A DNA stretch of 64,000 nucleotides from an uncultured Planctomycetaceae bacterium. GTDB lineage: Bacteria; Planctomycetota; Phycisphaerae; Sedimentisphaerales; UBA12454. The translations under genes and the position numbers were made by a program. The stretch lies in contig CAYUYR010000008.1 in assembly GCA_964449435.1 (NCBI GenBank), positions 6,038-70,037 on the forward strand. The letters are read 5' to 3'. Below are positions 26,709 through 36,800 of the stretch, in pieces; the stretch's first letter is position 1; every line of letters starts with the position of its first letter. A model generated the notes under the pieces. That model ran no database searches and had not been told where the DNA came from. It worked only from the letters and a program-made list of their open reading frames with translations.

Positions 26709-27561
26709 ATAGTCTGCTTTTCATCTGTTCGAGTTTTGTCGCTTCTTCGAGGGTCTTTTTTTCTTTTCTCGTCAGGCTGCCGATGCCCTGCTCGTTGACC
26801 TTGGCCAGAATTCTGTCCACTTCCTTTTGAAGCTGCCTGTAAGCCTCGAACTTTTTGTTCCAGTCGTCAGCGCCCGGAGAAGTTCTGCTCCTGTTTTTCC
26901 ATTTGGGCCAAAGATAAACATATCCTGCCCCTGCCACCATTCCGGCAAGATGTGCCACATCGCCTCCGGCGTTTGCCGAGCCGATAAATATATTTATAAC
27001 ATAAAGGGCCGTCAGGATTAACGCTGCCCGGCGAATAGGCATCGGAAATATAAAAAGAACCACAATAAACTGCGGGAAAAGAATCGCACAGGCGGCAAGC
27101 ATTCCGAGAATAGCGCCGGAAGCACCGATAAGGATTCCCCGACTGACTATGCCGGCGCCTGCGAGAAGAAGATAAAATACGCCGCCCGCTACGCCGCAGA
27201 GAAGATAAAAAATAAGGAACTTTTTGCCGTGCCAGAACCGCTCGAGCGTCGGCCCAAGAAAATAAAGACCGAGCATATTCAGAATAATGTGCCAGGCACC
27301 CGTCGGGTCGTGCAGAAATTGATAACTAATCAATCGCCAGGGCTGAAGCGAAGTGAAAACGCTGGTCGAATCAACACTGAACCATTCGTAAATAAGCAAT
27401 CCCAAAGGTGTTACGATAATACACAGCAGAAATACGCTGATATTTATGATTAAAAGACGCTTAACCATCGGCGTCAGTTGCGGAAATCTGAAATGCATCT
27501 GCGGCTGGCTCTGCCGGTCTTCGTAATCCGGCCGGTAATAGTCTCTGTCGTAAACGCTCAT
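26707..27561 (-). CDS. Rhomboid family intramembrane serine protease
   Basis: 284 aa. Multi-TM with the catalytic GASGAILGML motif and a conserved His (GDVAHLAGM). Charged C-terminal tail. Confidence 0.85.
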   Translation of the reverse strand: MSVYDRDYYRPDYEDRQSQPQMHFRFPQLTPMVKRLLIINISVFLLCIIVTPLGLLIYEWFSVDSTSVFTSLQPWRLISYQFLHDPTGAWHIILNMLGLYFLGPTLERFWHGKKFLIFYLLCGVAGGVFYLLLAGAGIVSRGILIGASGAILGMLAACAILFPQFIVVLFIFPMPIRRAALILTALYVINIFIGSANAGGDVAHLAGMVAGAGYVYLWPKWKNRSRTSPGADDWNKKFEAYRQLQKEVDRILAKVNEQGIGSLTRKEKKTLEEATKLEQMKSRL

Positions 27562-27644
27562 ATATTATCCAAAAATTATTGTCTTATTGTCTTTTCTCCT
27601 ATAATATCGGAAAAACCTTAGTGTTTTCAATTAGAAAACTTCAA

Positions 27645-28802
27645 ATGACCGATTTTGATTTCATTAAAAAAGAGCTTGCCGAGCTTGAACGAACAGATTT
27701 GCTCAGAGTTCCGGTCTGTATCGACTCTGCCTGCGATACGGTAATACGCATCGCAAACGCCGAAAAAACGCTGTTTTGCAGCAACAATTACCTTAATCTC
27801 GCCGGAAATCCTCGGATTATCGCCGCCGCCAAAGAAGCAATGGACAAATTCGGTTACGGCTCGGCTGCGTCGAGACTCATAAGCGGCACAATAAAACCGC
27901 ATATCGAACTTGAAAACGCACTTGCCGAAATGTTTAATAAAGAGGCCGCCATTGTTTTTCCTTCGGGCTATATGACAAACCTCGCTGTTTTGCAGACGAT
28001 TCCGCAAAAAGGCGATTTAATTTTGCTCGATAAGCTCGACCACGCCTCGATTATCGATGCGGCCAAAGCGAGCGACGCGGAATTTAGAACGTATCATAGA
28101 ACACAATCCGACAGGCTCGAAAAATTCCTCGCATCGAACGAATTCAACCGCAAATTTATCGTTAGCGAAAGCGTTTTTTCGATGGACGGTGATTTCGCGG
28201 ATTTGAAAAAACTTGTCGAGCTGAAGAAAAAATATAATGCGTATTTAATCATCGACGAGGCGCACGCTTTCGGCTGTATGGGCAAAAACGGAGCAGGGCT
28301 TGCCGAAGAACTTGGCCTGCTGAACGAAATTGATATTGTTATCGCGACATTGAGTAAATCGGCGGGATGCAGCGGCGGGTTTGCCGCAGGCGCTCAATGC
28401 GTAATCGATTATCTTATCAATAAGGCAAGGCCGTTCATTTATACAACCGCGCCTTCGGTCGCTAATTCGGCCGCCGGACTCTGCGCGGTTGAAATAATCA
28501 AAAACGCACAGGGCAAGAGAAAAAGATTAAAAGAAAATTCCGATTATCTCAGAGAGAAACTTAAAACCCTCGGCCTCGATACCGGCACAAGCACAAGCCA
28601 TATCATTCCCGTTATCATCGGCGATAATAAAAAGACACTGGAGATTTCCAAAAAACTTTTCGAGAAGGGATTTTTTGTTGTCGCGATTCGTCCGCCTACA
28701 GTTGCGCCCGGCACTTCGAGATTGAGAATTTCAGTTCAATCCGACCACACAAAAGAGCAAATCGACGGTTTGGCTGACGCTTTAAGACAACTGGTCAACT
28801 GA
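27645..28802 (+). CDS. bioF: 8-amino-7-oxononanoate synthase-like alpha-oxoamine synthase
   Basis: Start MTDFDFIKKEL. FCSNNYLNLAGNPRI, IIDEAHAFG and the PLP-Lys motif ATLSKSAGCSGG. The family is certain, but substrate specificity (BioF versus Kbl/SPT) is not. Confidence 0.75.
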   Translation: MTDFDFIKKELAELERTDLLRVPVCIDSACDTVIRIANAEKTLFCSNNYLNLAGNPRIIAAAKEAMDKFGYGSAASRLISGTIKPHIELENALAEMFNKEAAIVFPSGYMTNLAVLQTIPQKGDLILLDKLDHASIIDAAKASDAEFRTYHRTQSDRLEKFLASNEFNRKFIVSESVFSMDGDFADLKKLVELKKKYNAYLIIDEAHAFGCMGKNGAGLAEELGLLNEIDIVIATLSKSAGCSGGFAAGAQCVIDYLINKARPFIYTTAPSVANSAAGLCAVEIIKNAQGKRKRLKENSDYLREKLKTLGLDTGTSTSHIIPVIIGDNKKTLEISKKLFEKGFFVVAIRPPTVAPGTSRLRISVQSDHTKEQIDGLADALRQLVN

Positions 28803-29807
28803 TAACTTGTCCGGCTTCATTCTGCCGAAAATCCAGATGAGCAAAAATCCGCCGATTACCATCGCGATACTCAGATTTTGCGAAATTGTAAGGCCGTTGG
28901 CCTGATATGGATTGTCGTCGCGTATAAATTCGATAAAGAACCGCATAAATCCGTAAACTATAAACATCAGCGCAAATGTAACGCCGGGCCTGAAAAACGC
29001 CGAGGTTGTTTTCTGTTTTTTCTGCTGTTCAATACCGTTTTTGCGATGAAGATAAAGCAGAATACAGCCCGCAAGGGCCGAGAGCGATTCGTAAAGCTGC
29101 GTCGGACAAACTTTAAGAGCACTATATTTGCCGGCGGTTACTTCGGATTTCTCCTGCTCGGTTAATCTGCCGAAAGGTTTTAAATAATAATCGTACTTGT
29201 CCGATTCGGGGGCGGCGACCCATTCGTTCGCGTCATTTATATAACCGAAAAATTCCGCCGGCAGTTCGATATAAGGCTCTTCTCTGTTTCTTGCTTTGTC
29301 CGGCCGAACCTGACCCTGATACGACAAAGAGCCGTAAGGAAATCGAATCGAAACGAACGCACACGTCGGCCTGCCATAGCAGCAGCCGTTTAAAAGACAA
29401 CCGATTCTGCCGAAGACAAGAGCCAGCAATAAACCGATTGCAAGGATATCGAGATACCGCCGGACAGGCAGTTTCTGACTCCAAAGATACAGCGCAATTA
29501 CCGCAATCGCAAAGAATACGCCGCCAAGCAGCTCGAGGCCGCCCTTCCAGACTGCGAAGAATTCGATTAATCCTTTGCCGCTGAACTGCTGCCAGTAGTG
29601 AACAACGTAAAAAATTCTCGCCCCGACAATGCCTGCGATAAGCGAATACAGCGCCGCTGTGGTTATATGCTCGGTGTTTTCCTGACCTATATCGCGTGAG
29701 AGTCTGCGGATAACGAATATGGCCGCGATAAAACCGATGACCATCATCGTACCGTAACTTTTAACCGTAAGCTCGGTAAACGGAATCCTGAAAAGTTCCG
29801 GATGCAT
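28782..29807 (-). CDS. lgt: Prolipoprotein diacylglyceryl transferase
   Basis: 341 aa with WKGGLELLGG and GRIGCLLNGCCYGRP. It carries an enlarged periplasmic head insertion. Confidence 0.85.
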   Translation of the reverse strand: MHPELFRIPFTELTVKSYGTMMVIGFIAAIFVIRRLSRDIGQENTEHITTAALYSLIAGIVGARIFYVVHYWQQFSGKGLIEFFAVWKGGLELLGGVFFAIAVIALYLWSQKLPVRRYLDILAIGLLLALVFGRIGCLLNGCCYGRPTCAFVSIRFPYGSLSYQGQVRPDKARNREEPYIELPAEFFGYINDANEWVAAPESDKYDYYLKPFGRLTEQEKSEVTAGKYSALKVCPTQLYESLSALAGCILLYLHRKNGIEQQKKQKTTSAFFRPGVTFALMFIVYGFMRFFIEFIRDDNPYQANGLTISQNLSIAMVIGGFLLIWIFGRMKPDKLSVDQLS

Positions 29808-29809
29808 AA

Positions 29810-30166
29810 TTAAAGAATCTCTTTAATACCGTTTCTCTCGTCGGCGACAATAACTTTCGGCTTAAAGCCTTTGGCCTCGTCGGCTGTAAAATACGCGAAG
29901 TTCATTATGATGATTATGTCGCCTTTGTTCATCAGCTTTGCCGCGGCGCCGAGAATTACTATCTTCCCGGAGCCTGCCTTTTCCGGCACAACATAAGTTT
30001 CCAGCCGGGCCCCGTTATTAACATCGGCCACAAGGACAGATTCGTAGGGCAAAATACCTACCGCTTCCATCAGCGCCGAATCTATACCGATACTGCCCGG
30101 ATAATCCGCAATCGAATCCGTTACTGTCGCACGATGAATCTTGCTCTTCAATATCTTTATCAGCAT
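29810..30166 (-). CDS. panD: Aspartate 1-decarboxylase
   Basis: 118 aa with KSKIHRATVT and the self-processing site YPGSIGID. Confidence 0.95.
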   Translation of the reverse strand: MLIKILKSKIHRATVTDSIADYPGSIGIDSALMEAVGILPYESVLVADVNNGARLETYVVPEKAGSGKIVILGAAAKLMNKGDIIIIMNFAYFTADEAKGFKPKVIVADERNGIKEIL

Positions 30167-30219
30167 TTCATATCACCAAAGAATAATAATTGTACAAACC
30201 ATCATATTCTAATAAAGAA

Positions 30220-31068
30220 TCACCCGACATCAAGCATAATATTGTCAATCAGCCGGGCATCGCCCAGTTTGGCCGCAACGGCAATCAGGATTTCCCCCTT
30301 AATCTTGTCAAGCTCGTCGAGCGTTTTGGCATTAACAATACTTATATACTCGATTTTGAGCTGTTTGCTTATTTTAAGGATTTTTTCCATTTCGCCGACA
30401 ATTTCACTGCTTTTTCGCATACCGCCCCCGATAAGCATTTGAGCTTCCTGCAGTGAGGCATACAACAGCGCCGCGTCTTTTCTTTCTCCGGCGCTGATAT
30501 ATTTATTTCTGCTGCTCATCGCAAGGCCGTCTTTTTCGCGAATCGTCGGACAGATGACAATTTTCAAAGGCATATTCAAATCGGCGACCATTCGCTCAAT
30601 GATTATAACCTGCTGAGCGTCTTTTTGACCGAAGAAAGCGATATCCGGCTGAACGATATTAAATAGTTTAGCGCAAACAGCGGCAACGCCCCTGAAATGG
30701 CCGGGCCTGCTTTTGCCGCACAAAGTCTCGCCGAGCTTTTCGACATTTACCCACGTAATATTCTTATCCGGATACATTTCCTTGTCCGTCGGCGCAAAAA
30801 CAACATCAACGCCCAGTTCTTTACAGGCTTTTACATCAGCGTCAAAAGGACGCGGATATTTGGCAAGGTCTTCGCCGGGTCCGAACTGTGTCGGATTTAC
30901 GAAAATACTTACCGCGACAAAATCAGTCTGTTTTTTGGCGGCCCTAATAAGCGAAAAATGTCCCTCGTGCAAAGCGCCCATCGTCGGCACAAGTCCGATT
31001 TTTTTGCCCGCCGATTTGGCAGCCGCAATTATCCTGCGAGCATTTTCTATTGGCTTAACAATTTCCAT
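30220..31068 (-). CDS. panC: Pantoate--beta-alanine ligase
   Basis: 282 aa with VPTMGALHEGHFSLI. Confidence 0.95.
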   Translation of the reverse strand: MEIVKPIENARRIIAAAKSAGKKIGLVPTMGALHEGHFSLIRAAKKQTDFVAVSIFVNPTQFGPGEDLAKYPRPFDADVKACKELGVDVVFAPTDKEMYPDKNITWVNVEKLGETLCGKSRPGHFRGVAAVCAKLFNIVQPDIAFFGQKDAQQVIIIERMVADLNMPLKIVICPTIREKDGLAMSSRNKYISAGERKDAALLYASLQEAQMLIGGGMRKSSEIVGEMEKILKISKQLKIEYISIVNAKTLDELDKIKGEILIAVAAKLGDARLIDNIMLDVG

Positions 31069-31072
31069 TACT

Positions 31073-31106
31073 ATATTTCCTTACTTCTTTACCTCTTTAC
31101 TTCCTT
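31073..31106 (-). repeat. Purine-rich dispersed module (copy 2), forms the panC translation-initiation region
   Basis: The minus strand reads aaggaagtaaagaggtaaagaagtaaggaaatat and ends 4 nt (agta) before the panC ATG. It is similar to 2585-2626. Confidence 0.6.
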
Positions 31107-31116
31107 ATCTCCTTTC

Positions 31117-32211
31117 TCAATCCCGCCCGATATAATAATTAATCTTTTCGCCGATTGCCTCGACCTGCGGCTTTTGCCGAAAATCGACCGCCTCGGCATC
31201 GAGCGTTATAACGGGACAATTACTAAACGTCTCGAAAAATTTCTCGTAGCCGATATGCAGTTTTTCGAGAAAGCCTAAATCGATATTCTGCTCGTAGGGC
31301 CTGCTGCGCTGTTTTATCCGTTCGAGAGCCTTTTTCGGCGAAATTTTAAGATATACCGTTATCAGCGGCGCAGCGGTAGTTTTGCACATCGCCGCATTGA
31401 TTTTCCTGTACAGCTCGAACTGCATCGAATCGAGCCAGAGACGGGCGTAAATCATTTCCTTGTCCATTATATAATCGCTCACCGCAATACCGCCGGGCGG
31501 AAAACTGTCCGGCCTTAACTGTTCGCATCGGCTCAAAAGAAAATACAACTGGCTGTCGAGCGCAAAAGATTTCTGGCCGGCGTAAACCTTCGGCAAAAAC
31601 GGATTGCTGTCATAGGATTCCTTTATCAGTCTAAAGCCCAGCAAATCCCGCAGTCCTTCGGCAAGCGTAGTCTTTCCTGCTCCGATTACACCGGCAATCG
31701 AGACAAGCTGCGGCCTGTCGGGGGCGAAATAAAAATCCTTTCCGCTCAATCTGCTGTAAAGAACGGAGACGCTTTCCTTAAGAACCGGATGGATAATCTC
31801 GCTGTCAAGCTCGCAAAGGCCTTTGAGCGCAAACGACCTCAAATGTATCTGCGGGTGCGGCAAACACAGGTCTTTTTTGCGGACTTTTTTATTTCCGAAC
31901 AAAAGTATATCGAGGTCGAGCGTTCTGCTCGACCATTTTTCACTTGTTTTCTTTCTGCCCAGCTTTGTTTCAATCTTTTTCAGGACATTCAGAAGTTTAT
32001 CAGCCTTCAAAGTTGTCCTGATTTCCGCGACGCGGTTGAGATAATCGCGCTGTTTTTTGTCGGCCAGAGGTTTTGTCTCCGTGATGCCGCTCGTACGGAA
32101 AAGATTTATATGCTTCTCTGACGCGAGCAGTTCGAGCGCTTTGTTCAGATTTTTTTCCCTGTCGCCCAGATTGCTGCCAAGGCCGATATATGCTGCTGTC
32201 TCACCGGACAT
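31117..32211 (-). CDS. folK: Fusion protein: HPPK (FolK) N-domain plus deoxynucleoside-kinase-like P-loop C-domain
   Basis: The N-domain has AYIGLGSNLGDREKNL and RTLDLDILLFG (HPPK). The C-domain has IAGVIGAGKTTLAEGL ... NPFLPKVY ... LDSQLYFLLSR, resembling the dNK/dCK-dGK family. Confidence 0.8.
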   Translation of the reverse strand: MSGETAAYIGLGSNLGDREKNLNKALELLASEKHINLFRTSGITETKPLADKKQRDYLNRVAEIRTTLKADKLLNVLKKIETKLGRKKTSEKWSSRTLDLDILLFGNKKVRKKDLCLPHPQIHLRSFALKGLCELDSEIIHPVLKESVSVLYSRLSGKDFYFAPDRPQLVSIAGVIGAGKTTLAEGLRDLLGFRLIKESYDSNPFLPKVYAGQKSFALDSQLYFLLSRCEQLRPDSFPPGGIAVSDYIMDKEMIYARLWLDSMQFELYRKINAAMCKTTAAPLITVYLKISPKKALERIKQRSRPYEQNIDLGFLEKLHIGYEKFFETFSNCPVITLDAEAVDFRQKPQVEAIGEKINYYIGRD

Positions 32212-32220
32212 TTTTCTTCC

Positions 32221-33447
32221 TTAAAGTTTTTTAAAGCGTTCCATCGCCTCTGCCACATTTGCCGGCTCGCCGAACGCGCTCAATCTGAAAAATCCCTCGC
32301 CTGCCGCACCGAATCCGCTGCCGGGCGTGCCGACGACATTCGCTTTTTCGAGCAGCTCATCGAAAAATTCCCACGAGCTTTTTTTGTTCGGCGTTTTCAG
32401 CCAGACATACGGCGCATTGATTCCGCCGTAAACTTCAAACCCGAGTTTTTCGAGCGTGCTTCTGATAATAGCGGCGTTGGACATATACAGTTCGATGATT
32501 TTGCGAACCTGTTTTTTGCCGGACTCGGTATAGACCGCCGCCGCCGCTGCCTGCGAAACGTAGCTTGCGCCGTTAAATTTCGTGCAGTGTCTTCTGTTCC
32601 ATATAGGATTGACTTCTATGGATTTGCCGTCTTTCGTCCAGGCCCTTAATTCTTTGGGCACAACTGTAAACGCACATCGAAGGCCGGTAAAGCCCGCCGT
32701 CTTGCTGAACGAGCGAAATTCGACCGCCACCTCTTTGGCGCCTTCGACCTCATATATCGAGTGAGGGATAATATTATCGGATATAAACGCCTCATAAGCG
32801 GCATCGAATAAAATTATTGATTTATTGTCCCGTGCGTAATCGACCCACTTTTTCAACTGTTCTTTTGTGGCAACGGCACCGGTCGGATTATTAGGAAAAC
32901 AAAGATAAATCAAATCCGCTTTTTCTTTCGGCAATTCAGGAACGAAGTTATTATCGGGCGTGCAGGGCATATAAATTATACCTGAAAAACGCCCAGTTTT
33001 GTCGGCATTCCCGCTTCTGCCTGCCATCACATTCGTATCGACATAAACAGGATATACCGGGTCCGTTACGGCTATGACATTGTCAATACCGAATATTTCC
33101 TGAAAATTTCCGGTATCGCATTTAGCGCCGTCACTGACGAAAACCTCGCTATTTTCAAGACTTACGCCTCTGCTTTTGTAGTCATTGGCTATTATGGCTT
33201 CGCTCAGAAAATCGTAGCCCTGCTCTGGGCCGTAGCCTTTAAAATCAGCCCTGTTGCCCATTTGCTCGACGGCCTTGTGCATCACCTCGATAATAGCCGG
33301 AGGTAACGGCTCGGTTACGTCTCCAATTCCAAGTCTGATAATCTTCGCATTCGGGTTTTTTGCGGAAAAAGCCCTAACCCTGCGGGAAATTTCCGGAAAA
33401 AGATAGCCGGACTGCAATTTCAGATAATTTTCGTTGATTTTAATCAT
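32221..33447 (-). CDS. dapL: LL-diaminopimelate aminotransferase
   Basis: 408 aa with [16 protein letters not shown] and PLP-Lys [13 protein letters not shown]. Confidence 0.9.
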   Translation of the reverse strand: MIKINENYLKLQSGYLFPEISRRVRAFSAKNPNAKIIRLGIGDVTEPLPPAIIEVMHKAVEQMGNRADFKGYGPEQGYDFLSEAIIANDYKSRGVSLENSEVFVSDGAKCDTGNFQEIFGIDNVIAVTDPVYPVYVDTNVMAGRSGNADKTGRFSGIIYMPCTPDNNFVPELPKEKADLIYLCFPNNPTGAVATKEQLKKWVDYARDNKSIILFDAAYEAFISDNIIPHSIYEVEGAKEVAVEFRSFSKTAGFTGLRCAFTVVPKELRAWTKDGKSIEVNPIWNRRHCTKFNGASYVSQAAAAAVYTESGKKQVRKIIELYMSNAAIIRSTLEKLGFEVYGGINAPYVWLKTPNKKSSWEFFDELLEKANVVGTPGSGFGAAGEGFFRLSAFGEPANVAEAMERFKKL

Positions 33448-33628
33448 AATTTTTCCACTAAAGTCAATAAAACGAACAGGTCATATTGCGGACAAAATCA
33501 GCCGATATATCCTGCGATAACGCATAAAGTGTACGTTAAATTACAAATAGTTTTAGGTACTGTCAATAAATAACGGAACTTCTTTTACGAGAAAGGGTTG
33601 CCGAAAGGGCCATAACAATGGTTTTAGC

Positions 33629-33657
33629 TTGCAATAAGGCTGAAAGTTTGATAAAAT
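33629..33657 (+). promoter_or_regulatory. Putative sigma-70 promoter of the giant gene (TTGCAA-N17-TAAAAT)
   Basis: The -35 lies at 33629-33634 and the -10 at 33652-33657. This implies a 5' leader of about 225 nt before the ATG at 33890. Confidence 0.4.
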
Positions 33658-33889
33658 CAGCAGACTGTTTGGGGCTCAAGGAAGAGGTACACTCTGCCGT
33701 TTTAGCCGGCACAACGGACAGTCGGTATATAGGCGGACAGAGTTTGCAAAACAGACTATTTTTGAAACGACTCAGCCTGATTAAATAAAAGTAGTGCGCT
33801 TAAAGTGTATAATTTTTTTGGAAAGAATTATGACCGGAACAGATAAAAAGGAAACCTGCCTAAATTTGTCAGGACGGAGCAAATTTGCT

Positions 33890-36800
33890 ATGAATAAGAA
33901 ACTTATCTTCAGTCTCGTATTAACCCTTCTATTAACCACAATCGGCTCATCAGCCACCTTGAATGTACCCGGCGGTTATGCGACCATTCAGGCGGCGATT
34001 ACCGCTGCGGCTTCGGGCGATATCATCGAAGTTGCAGACGGAACATACACCGCAGCCGGATTTTACAATATCGATTTCGGCGGCAAGCTGGTTACTGTCC
34101 GCAACTCAAGCGGAGACCCGACGAAGTGTATAATCGACTGCCAAAACGTCTCCGGCAGGCGCGGATTTTATTTCCATAATTACGAAACTCCGGCCGCCAC
34201 AGTAGAAGGCATTACAATTAAAAACGCTAATGCAGGCGGTTTATATTACGGCGGCGCTATCGAATGCGAAGAGGCCTCGCCGACCATTTCAAATTGTATT
34301 ATCACCAATAACAGCGCAGCTTTCGGCGGCGCTATCGACTGTTTCAACGCTTCGCCAGTTATCAAAAATTGCATCATTACCAATAATACCGCCACTTATG
34401 ACGGCGGCGCAATAGAGTGCAGCTACGACTCCAATCCGCAAATTATAAACTGTCTCATCGCAAACAACACCGCAGGCTATTACGGCGGCGCTATCGACAT
34501 CTATGATTCTTCTTCGCCGACTATCACAAATTGTACTATCGCCGACAATACCGGCAGCGGCGGATTCGGAGGCGTTTATGCCGCTTCCGGCTCAAGCTCT
34601 ACGATTAAAAACTCTATCCTGTGGAACAACGGCGACGATATTTACGGGCCGACAACAGTAACATATTCCTGTATTCAGGACGGCGATGCGGGAACGGGAA
34701 ACATAAATACCGACCCGATGTTTAGAACGGGCCCGCTTGGCAATTATTATTTAAGCCAGATTTCCGCAGGCCAACTGGCCGACAGCAATTGCGTCAATGC
34801 CTGTACGGATTCGGTTGACGACATCTTCGGTCCTGCAAGTACATTCACCACCAGAACCGATAATCAGGCGGACATCGAAAAGGTGGATATGGGATTTCAT
34901 TATCCGGACGGCGGACCTGCCGCACAATGTAAATTGATTGCCGAAGCCGACCCAAGCGATGCCGGAACCGTAAACCCGAATCATCCGTCTCCCGGACAGG
35001 ATTATAAACAATTCAGCGAGATTGTCATACAGGCGACGCCAAACAGCGGCAACAAATTATTCCAATGGATTGATGCAAACACCGCCACGTATAATCCGGC
35101 GGATCCGGGCACATATAATACTACTTCCGGCATAAACGATACGATTACTATAACACTCAACGACGACAAAACAGTAATCGCCGAGTTCAGCACTGTAGCA
35201 ACATATAAACTTATCACTTATGTTATCGGCGACAACGGCGTAATTTCCGATGTCGACCCTAACGACCTGCCCGACCCCTGCGACTCGAGGGCTTATTTCA
35301 TACCGCAGGGTAATTCAGCCACTATAACCGCTCATCCCGATGCGGGATATGTAGTAAAACAATGGCTAAAGGGCGAGACAGCAACTTTCGATATCAACAA
35401 TCCGGACACTTACGAAGTTATTCCAGGCGCTCTCGGAAATACATACACAACAACTATCGATGCTAATACTACCATCACAGTCGAATTTAAGTATCAGGAA
35501 TATCTGCTTACCACCAGCGTTTACAATGGAAACGGCGCAATCAGTCCCAAACGCGGTTATTATCCGGCCGGAACAACCGTCGATCTAACGGCTGCTCCCG
35601 ATGACGGCTATAGAGTCCAGGCATGGGGCGGAGATGCGGCTAATAAGCCTGCATGGAACATTACGACAAACACTGTCGTGATGGACGGCCCCAAAGATGT
35701 TAATGTGGCATTCGAACTCGGACAAAACCAACTAATTCACGTTTTCGGCGATGTGAACGGCATACAGGAGGCTATTGATATCGCAAACAACGGCGACACT
35801 ATACAAATTCATCCCGGAACTTATACAGGAGTTCCAAGTGGTTTTCTGGTAAGCAAAGTTATTACTATTGTCGGCGACCCGGAAAATCCCGAAAATGTCG
35901 TCATAGATTGTGAAACCCAAGGTGGTACTAATCTCGGATTTATTCTCTCCGGCCAATCCGTCACCCTTAACGGCATTACTATAACAGGCGTCAGAAGCCC
36001 CTTGCCAATACCTTACGACAATTACGGCGGCGCAATTTATATCACAGGCAACCATACAGTCAAAAACTGTATTATAAGAAACGCTTTAGCTGAGATAAAT
36101 CCGACGACCGACGGGAGTGCCGGCGGCGACCCAGATGACCCCAATAATCCGGATGCTAATGGCGGCAACGGCGGCGACGGCGGCAGCGCAGGCGGTGCCG
36201 GCATATACGTTCATTCGGGAAATCCATATATTCAAAATGTATTGATTGAAGACTGCTGGGCCATCGGCGGAAACGCAGGAAACGGCGCTCCAGGTTATTC
36301 AGACCAAAACGACTACAACAGTGACGACCCAAACATCATTTATTACCCGCCCGGTATTGCAGGTTATGGCGGAGACGGAGGAGACGCATTTGGAGCAGGG
36401 ATTTACACTGAGGCAGGCAGTCCATATTTTATTAATGTAACTGTCAGAAACTGCGGCGTCCGTGCGGGCAACGGCGGAAACGGAGCAGATGGGTCGGCAG
36501 ATGCAAACGGCGGAGACGGAGGACTGCCGGGAAGAGCGGCAGGGGCGGGTATATACTGCGCAGCCGGTTCGGCATCGGTTTTTTCCAATTGCGTAATTGA
36601 AAACTGCATCGGATATGGCGGCCGCGGCGGAAACGGCGGAAACGCAGGACAATTACAACTGGAAGAACACCGCACGGGCGGTTACGGCGGACTTACCACA
36701 GAAACAGCAGCAGGACAGGGAGACATAAGAATGTACAGCACAAACGGCGGAGCCGTATTCTGTGATGACAATTCAAATCCCGTATTTGATGACTGTACCT

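Noticed and set aside
33448-33889. Known riboswitch in the giant-gene leader (cobalamin, c-di-GMP, SAM)
   Set aside because: None of the conserved cores I can recall is present, such as the B12 box or GEMM motifs. It is kept only as an unclassified structured leader.
36100-36680. Periodic GGNGGDGG-type repeats, considered as a CRISPR-like or satellite repeat
   Set aside because: The region lies in frame inside the giant ORF and encodes glycine-rich beta-helix rungs. The units are irregular at the DNA level with no repeat-spacer structure.
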